Positions 9,329-17,926 of a DNA stretch of 49,769 nucleotides are shown one piece after another. The DNA is from an uncultured bacterium (GTDB lineage: Bacteria > Bacillota_I > Bacilli_A > RFN20 > CAG-826): assembly GCA_949297055.1 (NCBI GenBank), contig CASFRI010000039.1:1-49769 (forward strand). Reading direction: 5' to 3'. The position numbers and the translations under genes were made by a program. Below the pieces are notes generated by a model. It saw only the letters and a list, made by a program, of their open reading frames with translations. It was not told the DNA's origin and did not search any database. Position 1 is the stretch's first letter; every line of letters begins with the position of its first letter.

Positions 9329-10441
9329 ATGAAAATGATAAGAACTGTTTTAGCTAAAATTAGACGCGCGGACGAAAAATATAACCTAATTCAAGCAAAA
9401 GATAAAATTGTTATTGGAATCTCAGGTGGGAAAGATTCTATGGTTTTATTTTATGCGATGTCCTTATATTCAAAATTCAATCGTAAAAAATTTAAAATTT
9501 TTCCTGTTATTCTCGACTTAGGTTTTGATCATTTTGATCCCACTCCTATTAAAGAATATATCAAATCATTAGGCTATGATTTAATTATCGAAGATGCAAG
9601 AAGCGTCTATCAAATTTTAAAAGATAATCAAAAAGAAGATAAACATTTACCTTGTTCGATTTGTTCACGCATGAAAAAAGCTTGTATCGATAAAGTCGCT
9701 AAAAGATTAAAAGCTAACAAAGTGATGTTTGCCCATCACGCAGATGACGCTATCGAAACATTATTCATGAATATGATGCATGGCAAAAGAATTGCTACTT
9801 TTTCTCCTAAGATGCATCTTAGCGTAGATAATATTACTTTCATCCGCCCTTTAATCTACGTTCACGAAAATGAAATTAGAAGGACAATTAACGAGGAAAA
9901 TATCCCTGTTTTACCAATAATTTGTCCTTCCGACCATCAAACTGAACGTGAAAATATCAAAAATTTTTTAAATGAACACATCTATAAAAAATATCCCATT
10001 TGCAAAGATGGTTTTTTAGAAATGTTAGAAGATTATAAGCATCTTGACATCTACTTTGATAAAGAAGACATTACAATTAAAAATGATTTACATATGCTAC
10101 CTGTTTACGATGTCGATACATATTTAGATTACGACCATTTCTTTAAGAAAAAACATGCACGTTCCTACAAAGAAAAAAATTTGAGTAGATATTTGATTTA
10201 TAAAAATGATCGTCTCATAGGAGCGTTTTCTTCTTGCTTAGTAATAAAAACATTAGTGATTTATGACTTCTTATTAACGGATGATAAATTCTTTAAAGAT
10301 ATATTAGATTTCATCATTATTTTCTATAAGAAAAAGATTGTTCCATTAGACGTAGAAGTAACGACGAAGAAAAACCGCAAACAGTTCCTTGCTTACGGTT
10401 TTACATCTCTAGAAGATGGTACGTTATATTTAAAAGTTTAA
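9329..10441 (+). CDS. ttcA: TtcA-family tRNA 2-thiocytidine synthesis protein with a C-terminal extension of about 130 aa
   Basis: PP-loop SGGKDS, CSICSRMKK, HHADDAIET, IRPL, CP. Confidence 0.85.
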   Translation: MKMIRTVLAKIRRADEKYNLIQAKDKIVIGISGGKDSMVLFYAMSLYSKFNRKKFKIFPVILDLGFDHFDPTPIKEYIKSLGYDLIIEDARSVYQILKDNQKEDKHLPCSICSRMKKACIDKVAKRLKANKVMFAHHADDAIETLFMNMMHGKRIATFSPKMHLSVDNITFIRPLIYVHENEIRRTINEENIPVLPIICPSDHQTERENIKNFLNEHIYKKYPICKDGFLEMLEDYKHLDIYFDKEDITIKNDLHMLPVYDVDTYLDYDHFFKKKHARSYKEKNLSRYLIYKNDRLIGAFSSCLVIKTLVIYDFLLTDDKFFKDILDFIIIFYKKKIVPLDVEVTTKKNRKQFLAYGFTSLEDGTLYLKV

Positions 10442-10782
10442 TGTTTTAAAAGTTCACTAATGTGTTCGTAATTATCATAACTTTCATCTAAATAAAATCT
10501 AAGTTCTGGTGTCTTACGCATCGAAAGCATATGAGCGAGGCTACTTCTAATCATGCCTCCTTTATTTTTAAGATGCTCTAAGGCTTCGAATTTATCTTTG
10601 ACGCCAAGAAAAGAAACATAAATTTTTGCTAAGCCTAAATCGGATGTCACTTCGATCTCATTTACGCTTACAAGACCGAAACTTTTCCCTTTAATATCTT
10701 TAGATATAATTTCTCTAAGATGCTTAGCGATTAAAGCTTTCGCCCGATTATTCGTATTTTTATTACCTAATTTATGTGGCAT
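10438..10782 (-). CDS. rbfA: Ribosome-binding factor A
   Basis: VTSDLGLAKIYVS, MRKTPELRFYLDES; directly after infB. Confidence 0.95.
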   Translation of the reverse strand: MPHKLGNKNTNNRAKALIAKHLREIISKDIKGKSFGLVSVNEIEVTSDLGLAKIYVSFLGVKDKFEALEHLKNKGGMIRSSLAHMLSMRKTPELRFYLDESYDNYEHISELLKH

Positions 10783-10788
10783 AAAAAA

Positions 10789-12633
10789 TTAATCTTCTTT
10801 CATCTCTTTAATGACGTAAGCTTCCACTTCGTCACCTTCCTTTAAATCGTTATAATTTTCGATTGTAAAGCCACATTCAAAACCAGATTTAACTTCTTTG
10901 GCGTCGTCTTTAAATCGTTTTAATGAACCAAATTTGCCATCGTAGATGACAATTCCATCACGAATTAAACGGACGCTTGCGTCTCTTCTAATACTTCCGT
11001 CAGTGACGTAAGCCCCCGCAATTGTTCCAACTTTTGAAGCTCTAAAAAGATGACGAATTTCCGCTCTTCCGATGACGACTTCTTCTAGCTTTGCCTTCTT
11101 CATACCTTTTAACGCTGCTTCCATCTCTTCGATTAAAGCATAGATGATGTTATGTAGACGAATATCTACTTTTTCTTCGTTAGCCTTCATTTTCACTAAA
11201 TTATCAGGTCTAACATTAAATCCATAGATGATAGCATTAGAGGCACTAGCGAGCAAGACATCGCTTTCCGTAATCGCCCCAGCGGTCGCACGAATAATTT
11301 TTACTTTCACTTCATCATTACTTAGTTTTTCTAAGCTCGATTTAATAGCTTCTGCTGAACCATTCGTATCAGCTTTGATGATGACGTTAACTTCTTTCAT
11401 TTCACCTTCATGAATTCGTTCGTATAAATCATCGAGACTAATAGCTTTAGAAGCTTGTCTTTCTTCATTCATCTTTAGATGACGTTTATAAGCGATATCG
11501 CGTGCTTGCTTTTCACTAGGGAAAGCCATAAATAAATCGCCCGCCTTGGGCACTTCAGATAGACCGATGATAGAAACAGGAGTCGAAGGTGAGGCTACTT
11601 TTAAAATCTTTTTAAATTCATTAGTCATTCTTCTCACTTTACCAAAACATGTTCCAACGACGACGTAATCGCTCGCGTTAAGCGTACCATTTTGCACAAG
11701 TAAAGTAGCTTTTGGACCTTCACCTTTGTCAAGCTTTGCTTCTAAGACTGTGCCCATCGCATAACGATTAGGATTAGCTTTTAATTCCTGCATTTCCGCC
11801 ATGACTAAAATATTTTCTAATAATTCATCGATACCTTGACCTTTTTTCGCAGCGATATTTAAAAATATCGTATCGCCACCATATTCTTCAGGAACGACAT
11901 TTAAAGCCATAAGTTCATTTTTAACTTTATCGATGTTCGCGCCCGGCTTATCAATTTTGTTAATAGCGACTAAGATTGGTACATTCGCCGCTCTTGCGTG
12001 ATCGATAGCTTCTTTAGTTTGAGGCATGACTCCATCATCCGCTGCGACAACTAAGATAATAATATCGGTCACTTTAGCCCCACGGCTTCGCATTTCAGCG
12101 AAGGCTTCGTGTCCAGGCGTATCTATGAAAGTAATTTTCTTCCCATGATATTCTTTTTGATAAGCCCCAATAGCTTGAGAAATACCGCCCACTTCGCTTT
12201 CGACAAGATGGGAATTTCTAATTGCGTCGATAAGAGTAGTTTTGCCATGGTCGACGTGACCCATAATCGTCACGACTGGGGGGCGTTCCACTAAATCTTT
12301 TGGATCATCGATGACGTTAAGTTTTTCAAAATCTTCTTCAGCGACGATTTCTTCTTTTCTAAAATCGTAACCAAATTCGAGGCACACTTCACCTAAAGTT
12401 TCTTCGTCTAATGTTTGGTTAATAGTCACCATCTTGCGTTTATTTAAAAAGAGATATTTGATAATTTGTGAAGTTTCAATATTTAAAGATTTCGCTAATT
12501 CGGCAATCGTAGGTATTTGCGAGTAGACGAAACAGCCATTATTAACTTTAGCTTTATTATCGTTACGTCTTTTTTCACTCGTGACATTAGAAATACGATT
12601 CTTGCTATTATTATTTTTATTTTTATCTTTCAT
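10789..12633 (-). CDS. infB: Translation initiation factor IF-2 (short N-terminus)
   Basis: [26 protein letters not shown]; start set at ATG 12633 after SD GAGGT (ORF track start 12654 also possible). Confidence 0.98.
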   Translation of the reverse strand: MKDKNKNNNSKNRISNVTSEKRRNDNKAKVNNGCFVYSQIPTIAELAKSLNIETSQIIKYLFLNKRKMVTINQTLDEETLGEVCLEFGYDFRKEEIVAEEDFEKLNVIDDPKDLVERPPVVTIMGHVDHGKTTLIDAIRNSHLVESEVGGISQAIGAYQKEYHGKKITFIDTPGHEAFAEMRSRGAKVTDIIILVVAADDGVMPQTKEAIDHARAANVPILVAINKIDKPGANIDKVKNELMALNVVPEEYGGDTIFLNIAAKKGQGIDELLENILVMAEMQELKANPNRYAMGTVLEAKLDKGEGPKATLLVQNGTLNASDYVVVGTCFGKVRRMTNEFKKILKVASPSTPVSIIGLSEVPKAGDLFMAFPSEKQARDIAYKRHLKMNEERQASKAISLDDLYERIHEGEMKEVNVIIKADTNGSAEAIKSSLEKLSNDEVKVKIIRATAGAITESDVLLASASNAIIYGFNVRPDNLVKMKANEEKVDIRLHNIIYALIEEMEAALKGMKKAKLEEVVIGRAEIRHLFRASKVGTIAGAYVTDGSIRRDASVRLIRDGIVIYDGKFGSLKRFKDDAKEVKSGFECGFTIENYNDLKEGDEVEAYVIKEMKED

Positions 12634-12643
12634 TTTTTTAACC

Positions 12644-12943
12644 TCACTTTCCATCGATTAAAGTAATTATTTTTCTTATGGCATGAATATCATTTAATCC
12701 AACCATCGTGACATCTTTTTTAAAAAACTTATCTAAATCAACTTTTAAAGCGTGCACTACTCTTACTTCAATCTTTTTATCTTTCAATAGATTTTCTACT
12801 TCTTTTTTTCTTCTTTCGGAGATGATATCGAAGATGATAATGAAGCTAATCTTATCTTTCTTCACTAGTTCTAAACAATGGGTATTAAAATAAATTTTTC
12901 GCCCACGATTTAACAAAGTAAGGAAATTTAATAACGCTTCCAT
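12644..12943 (-). CDS. Divergent L7Ae/YlxQ-family protein
   Basis: Size and position between ylxR and infB; weak pattern LNFLTLLNRGRK...VGLND. Confidence 0.6.
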   Translation of the reverse strand: MEALLNFLTLLNRGRKIYFNTHCLELVKKDKISFIIIFDIISERRKKEVENLLKDKKIEVRVVHALKVDLDKFFKKDVTMVGLNDIHAIRKIITLIDGK

Positions 12944-13200
12944 TATTTAGTTAACACTTCCTCGAGTTGCTTGAACAAAGTAGAATAATCGCTTTTGATG
13001 AAGATTCTTTCTAAAATCTTAGGATTTTTCTTGAGCGTTTCTAGAACTTTTATATCTTTTAAAATGTAAGCCCCATGCCCATTTATTTTTCCGCTTGGAT
13101 CATAGATTAAATCTTCACCCACTAAAACGATGCGAAGCATCTCACTTTTTGGATGAACTTCACGCGTGACGATACAAGTTCTAAACGGAATCTTTTTCAT
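12943..13200 (-). CDS. ylxR: YlxR/RnpM (DUF448) RNA-binding protein
   Basis: PFRTCIVTRE..PKSEMLRIV, GHGAYI; directly after nusA. Confidence 0.92.
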   Translation of the reverse strand: MKKIPFRTCIVTREVHPKSEMLRIVLVGEDLIYDPSGKINGHGAYILKDIKVLETLKKNPKILERIFIKSDYSTLFKQLEEVLTK

Positions 13201-14879
13201 TAACGACCCTCATCATCATCGTAGTATTCATCGTATTCATCGTAATCGATGTCATCGTCATAATCATCGTAATCGTCGTAATTTTCTTCAGCTTCGAGAG
13301 CGGAAAGTTCTTCATCCGTGTAGATGGACATGTAATTTGCTTTCTTAGCTTCATCATCTTTTGTTTCGGCTTTTTCTTTAATCTTTTCGGTTTCGAATAA
13401 GTCTTTACGTGCGGTACGTTTTGGTTTTTGATTTTTCTTTTCCTCACGCTCTTTTTCAATTTCTAATTGTTTTTCAAGTTCTTCTAAAGTTTTAGTCGTT
13501 TGAACGTCTTGTTTAACGCTTGTATCGACCTTAGATTCAACTTTAGTTTCGACTTTTTCTTCGGTAGGAACTTCTTCTTTTACTTCCGAGGCTTGGGTAG
13601 ATTCTAAAGGTTCAACTTCTTCATTTACTTCATAAGAAGTAACTTCACTAGTCTTAACTTCTTCTTCATTTACTTCAGCAGTAGGCTTAACTTCTTGTTT
13701 GGAGGCAAGAGATTTAAGATAAAGTTCATATTCTTTCTTGCTACGTTCTTTTTGATCTTCTGCCACAACTTCTTCGTAGGGTTTATAAGTTAAGCCTTCT
13801 TCTAATGCTTCATTTTCGTCTTTAATTTTGACTTTCCAGCCCGTTAGTCTAGAAGCAAGAGAGACGTTTTGACCAGCTTTACCGATGGCAAGAGATTTAG
13901 ATTCAGGACGAACGACGATTAAAGCTTCTTTACTTTCTTCATTTAAATTCACCCCTAAAATAGGAGCGGGTTTAAGTGATTCAGCAATGTAGATAGCAGG
14001 GTTATCCGAATAATTGATAACGTCGATTCTTTCATTGTCGCGACCATTAAATAATTCGGACATAACTTTTTGAATTCTTGCCCCGTTTGGACCAATACAA
14101 GAACCGACTGGATCGACGTTAGGATCATTCGTATAAACACTAATCTTAGATCTTTCACCCGCTTTACGAGCGATATCTTTAATGATGACTGTACCATCGT
14201 AAACTTCAGAAATTTCTTCTTCTAATAATCTTCTTAAGAACCCATTATCGCTTCTACTAACAAGAATTTGAGCTCCATGCTTTGAAGAGACACTTACGTC
14301 TTTAACGTAAAGTTTAATTTGTTGACCGACTTCGAACTTCTCATTACCGATTTTGGCATGTTCATTTAAGGTGACGGAAGTACGGCCAATATTGACTAAA
14401 GTCGAATTTTCATCACTTTTTTCGACGATACCAGTAATCATTTCGCCAATCTTATCTTTATACATATCAAATAAGATAGCTTTTTCAATTTCAGCAATCC
14501 TTTGTTTCATGTTATCCATGACTTTTTTGGCATATTTATCCATGAAATCATCTAAATCGACTTTTTCTTTAAAATCTTCGCCTACTTTCACTTTGGATTT
14601 TGGACCGATTTCAAGAGCGGCTTCTTTAGAAATTTCAAGATAGTCATCTTGAATATCATCATCGCTTGCGACGACTTTTCTTACGTAATATAAATCGATG
14701 GATGGTTTTTCTTCATCGAGTTCGACTTCCACTTTCGCATCATCCCCGCCTTTTAAGACGTTTTTAATGTAAGTATTCGCGAAAGCATTTTTAATAATTT
14801 CGAGAATTTGTTCCTTCTTGATACCTTTTTCATTTTCTAAGGTTAATATTGAATCGAGGAATTCTTTACGTAATTTCAT
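13200..14879 (-). CDS. nusA: Transcription factor NusA with a long charged/acidic C-terminal extension
   Basis: S1 and KH domains: ARKAGERSKI, DPVGSCIGPNGARI, SLAIGKAGQNVSLASRLTGW. Confidence 0.98.
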   Translation of the reverse strand: MKLRKEFLDSILTLENEKGIKKEQILEIIKNAFANTYIKNVLKGGDDAKVEVELDEEKPSIDLYYVRKVVASDDDIQDDYLEISKEAALEIGPKSKVKVGEDFKEKVDLDDFMDKYAKKVMDNMKQRIAEIEKAILFDMYKDKIGEMITGIVEKSDENSTLVNIGRTSVTLNEHAKIGNEKFEVGQQIKLYVKDVSVSSKHGAQILVSRSDNGFLRRLLEEEISEVYDGTVIIKDIARKAGERSKISVYTNDPNVDPVGSCIGPNGARIQKVMSELFNGRDNERIDVINYSDNPAIYIAESLKPAPILGVNLNEESKEALIVVRPESKSLAIGKAGQNVSLASRLTGWKVKIKDENEALEEGLTYKPYEEVVAEDQKERSKKEYELYLKSLASKQEVKPTAEVNEEEVKTSEVTSYEVNEEVEPLESTQASEVKEEVPTEEKVETKVESKVDTSVKQDVQTTKTLEELEKQLEIEKEREEKKNQKPKRTARKDLFETEKIKEKAETKDDEAKKANYMSIYTDEELSALEAEENYDDYDDYDDDIDYDEYDEYYDDDEGR

Positions 14880-14925
14880 AAATTTATTTTTTCTCCTTTA
14901 ATTATTGATAACTTCATTAATGTTT

Positions 14926-15381
14926 CTAGACGGCAAGTCTAGCTTTATCGATGTGAAGACGATTTAATAGGATATCTATTTTCTTCGCCTTAACTTGGAT
15001 AGTAAGCACAACTTCACTATCGTTTATATCTTTTAATATTCCTTCAAGATAATTTTCTCCCTTGTAAGGATGAGATAAATGTAGATTAACTTTTTTCCCC
15101 TTATATTTGTCTAATTTATCTAATGCGACTGGCTTTTCCGCGCCTAAAGAAGAAACATCTAGGGTGTAAGCTTCTTCAATTGGATCAAGTTCGTCTAATT
15201 TCTTCGAAAGAATATCAGATACTTCACTAATGCGATTTAAATCAATTTCTTCTTCATGATCTACGACGAGAGAAAGAAGTTTTTCTTTTTCGATGACATG
15301 AAATTTAATTTCATAAATCGTATAACCTAGAGGAGCGATACTTTCCTCCAATTTATTTTTTAATATTTCTAAATCTAACAT
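14926..15381 (-). CDS. rimP: Ribosome maturation factor RimP
   Basis: YTLDVSSLGAEKP, IDKARL; first gene of the nusA operon; SD AGGAGG. Confidence 0.95.
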   Translation of the reverse strand: MLDLEILKNKLEESIAPLGYTIYEIKFHVIEKEKLLSLVVDHEEEIDLNRISEVSDILSKKLDELDPIEEAYTLDVSSLGAEKPVALDKLDKYKGKKVNLHLSHPYKGENYLEGILKDINDSEVVLTIQVKAKKIDILLNRLHIDKARLAV

Positions 15382-15395
15382 CCATCCTCCTAAAC

Positions 15396-15426
15396 AAGCA
15401 AAGAAGTGACCCGAAGGCCACTTCTT
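15396..15426 (-). promoter_or_regulatory. rimP leader hairpin / weak attenuator
   Basis: Minus strand AAGAAGUGGCC-UUCG-GGUCACUUCUU followed by a poor U-tract (UUUGCUUGUUU), just before the rimP SD. Confidence 0.75.
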
Positions 15427-15470
15427 AATTTTCTAAGAAATGTTTTGAACTTATTTTTAAGTTCTTAATT

Positions 15471-15499
15471 ATAATAACGACTTTTAATTAATTTTGCAA
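15471..15499 (-). promoter_or_regulatory. SigA-type promoter of the rimP-nusA operon
   Basis: TTGCAA-17 nt-TATTAT (overlapping TATAAT). Confidence 0.6.
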
Positions 15500-15515
15500 G
15501 GAAATTTATATTAGC

Positions 15516-16244
15516 TTACATCTCATCCGCTTTTAACATATCGCTAGGCGAAATAAGACCTAATATAAATTCATCTTCTTTACCGTTTTCCGTTACGAAC
15601 ACGAGAGCAAGTCTTTTACCAATTTTAGAATAGGAAGCAAATAAGTCATTAACGTCGCTAGAGATGGCTTTTCTCGAAGCGAATGCATAAAATTCAGAAA
15701 TATGTTCTTTAATTGGAATGTAGTCCATTAAATCATCCATCTTCAAATCGATGATGCGACCTTCCGTGTGCGAAGCTTCGGCTAGATAGCGAAATAAGAC
15801 GTTAGGAGAAAAGACCCCAACAAGATGACCATCATCTAAAACAGGAAGATGTAAAAATCCTTTTTCAACCATCACTTTGATAGCTTCAACAATTAAAGAA
15901 TGTAAATTTAATGAGACGACATCTTTCATTTTCGTCATAAAATCACTTGCACGAAGTGGCTTATCAAGCATTTCAACTTCTCTTCTTAAAGCTTCTAGAG
16001 CTTTTTCTGAAACTTCAAATAAGCCATCACGGTTCATATCAAATTCGTGAATTAAAGAATTTCTAAACACTCTTATTTCGTTTAATAATCTACCTCTTTC
16101 TTGTAAAACTTTATTATTTGATTTTTCTAGCTGACCAGCGTAACGAGCGATCAAAGAACGAGAACGGTCGTAATCGTTATAATATTTTCGTAATAAATCA
16201 TCTAAACGATTAAACAATTCGAGAAATTTTTGTGCGTTAGTCAT
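15516..16244 (-). CDS. HEPN-like domain plus CBS-pair protein
   Basis: N-terminal helical region FLELFNRLDDLL...RVFRNSLIH (R-x4-H); C-terminal CBS motifs ASDFMT, FLHLPVLDDGHLVGVFS, ILGLISPSDM. Confidence 0.75.
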   Translation of the reverse strand: MTNAQKFLELFNRLDDLLRKYYNDYDRSRSLIARYAGQLEKSNNKVLQERGRLLNEIRVFRNSLIHEFDMNRDGLFEVSEKALEALRREVEMLDKPLRASDFMTKMKDVVSLNLHSLIVEAIKVMVEKGFLHLPVLDDGHLVGVFSPNVLFRYLAEASHTEGRIIDLKMDDLMDYIPIKEHISEFYAFASRKAISSDVNDLFASYSKIGKRLALVFVTENGKEDEFILGLISPSDMLKADEM

Positions 16245-16256
16245 ATTATTTCTCCT

Positions 16257-17831
16257 TTAAAGTAAAGGTGCGAACATTCTTAATAATCCCCATTTTAATC
16301 TTTTTAATAATTTAGGTTTACGATATTCATCGTAACTAACAAATTTGGATACTTTTATAGAATCGATGAAATCTTGTTTCATATCCATGATGCAAGGAGT
16401 CTTAAATAAGAATGTTCCATTTTCTAAATGTAAGAAAAGTGATCTAAAATCTAAATTCACCGTTCCGCAGGTCGCATATATATCATCGACGACAAACATT
16501 TTCATATGGACGAAGCCTGGTGTATATTCATAAATCTTCACTCCCCCTTTCAGTAACGCTTGATAATAAGAATGAGCGAGGGAATACACTAATTTCTTAT
16601 CGGGGATTCCAGGCATTAAAATTCTTACGTCTACGCCTTGTTTAGCCGCACTTACAAGCGCTGACATCATCTGAGCGTCGATGATTAAATATGGCGTAGC
16701 GATATAAACATATTTCTTTGCCCTTTCGATTAAATGTAAATAAATATTTTCACCGACAGCTTCATAATTGAAAGGAATATCACCATAACATTGCACGTAA
16801 CCGCGTTTTAAAAAAGAAGCACATTCATCCATGTAAACGCTAGGAAGATAAGCATCGAACATCGTCGGACGATCAGGTTTTTCAATAGTGAGCCAACTAG
16901 CTAAAAATAATCTTGTTAAGCCGTAAACGGCTTCGCCTTTGATCATGATGGCATTATCTTTCCAAATGCCAAATCTTTTTTTCTTATTAATGTATTCATC
17001 CGCTAAATTGATACCACCGGTAAAACCAGTATGACCATCGATGACCATAATCTTTCTATGATCACGGTTATTTAGCCTAATAGACATTCTTAAATTAAGC
17101 GGATTAACAGCGTAAGATTTAATGCCATATTTCCTTAACTTCAAATAATATTTTTTTGGTAAAGTGGAGACGCTTCCCACATCATCATATAGCACTCTTA
17201 CGTCCACTCCTTCGCTTGCCTTTTGTTTTAAAATATCGAGTATCGAATTCCACATCAAACCTTCTTCGATGATGAAATATTCTAAGAAGATGTAATGTTT
17301 AGCCTTACTTAATTCTTCGAGCATGTAAGGGAAGGCTTTTTCCCCGAAGGGGAAATATTTGACGTAACTTTCATTAGTGAGAGGTGAACCAGTTTCTTTA
17401 TAAATGTAATTAGACATAAGTAAAGCATCGATATTTTGCTTTTTAACTTCTTCCATCACTTCCTTATTCGCCGGAACATTATCTAAAACTGCTTTGATGG
17501 CTCTTTCCATCCTTCTTTCTTTCTTCGTAAATTTCTTATTCGCAAAAAGTAAGAAAAAGATGGGACCAAAAACTGGTATAGCGCCGGTGACGACAAGCCA
17601 ACTTATTTTATAAGAATCGTGAATTTTAGAATTGACGATATAAAACATGATGCCAATCGCTAAAGCATAAGAGATGACGACGACGATAAGTAAAATTTCA
17701 CCAAGAAAATCAGGACTTACGGCGTAACGCATAATAAGATAGATGATAACTGCATATAAAGCGATATCAAAAAGGAACACTAAGCCGGTAAAAAATAGAC
17801 GTCCTGTAATAAACTTAATAAACTTTTTCAT
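16257..17831 (-). CDS. cls: Cardiolipin synthase
   Basis: N-terminal TM helices; two HKD motifs (HRKIMVID, HMKMFVVD). Confidence 0.95.
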   Translation of the reverse strand: MKKFIKFITGRLFFTGLVFLFDIALYAVIIYLIMRYAVSPDFLGEILLIVVVISYALAIGIMFYIVNSKIHDSYKISWLVVTGAIPVFGPIFFLLFANKKFTKKERRMERAIKAVLDNVPANKEVMEEVKKQNIDALLMSNYIYKETGSPLTNESYVKYFPFGEKAFPYMLEELSKAKHYIFLEYFIIEEGLMWNSILDILKQKASEGVDVRVLYDDVGSVSTLPKKYYLKLRKYGIKSYAVNPLNLRMSIRLNNRDHRKIMVIDGHTGFTGGINLADEYINKKKRFGIWKDNAIMIKGEAVYGLTRLFLASWLTIEKPDRPTMFDAYLPSVYMDECASFLKRGYVQCYGDIPFNYEAVGENIYLHLIERAKKYVYIATPYLIIDAQMMSALVSAAKQGVDVRILMPGIPDKKLVYSLAHSYYQALLKGGVKIYEYTPGFVHMKMFVVDDIYATCGTVNLDFRSLFLHLENGTFLFKTPCIMDMKQDFIDSIKVSKFVSYDEYRKPKLLKRLKWGLLRMFAPLL

Positions 17832-17873
17832 CGTTAAAAATTATATCATATTTTTTTATCTTACAATATGAAG

Positions 17874-17899
17874 AAAAATGGCCATAATTGACCATTTTT
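17874..17899 (-). terminator. Intrinsic terminator after the M6 protease gene
   Basis: Minus strand ATGGTCA-ATTA-TGGCCAT followed by a T-tract. Confidence 0.65.
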
Positions 17900-17926
17900 T
17901 CAAAAAATTATATTTAAAATTTAACA

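Noticed and set aside
13166-14643. Short ORFs overlapping nusA, including a His/Arg-rich 60-aa and a Met/Thr-rich 92-aa frame
   Set aside because: Alternative-frame artefacts of the GAT/GAC/TAC repeats and codon bias of nusA
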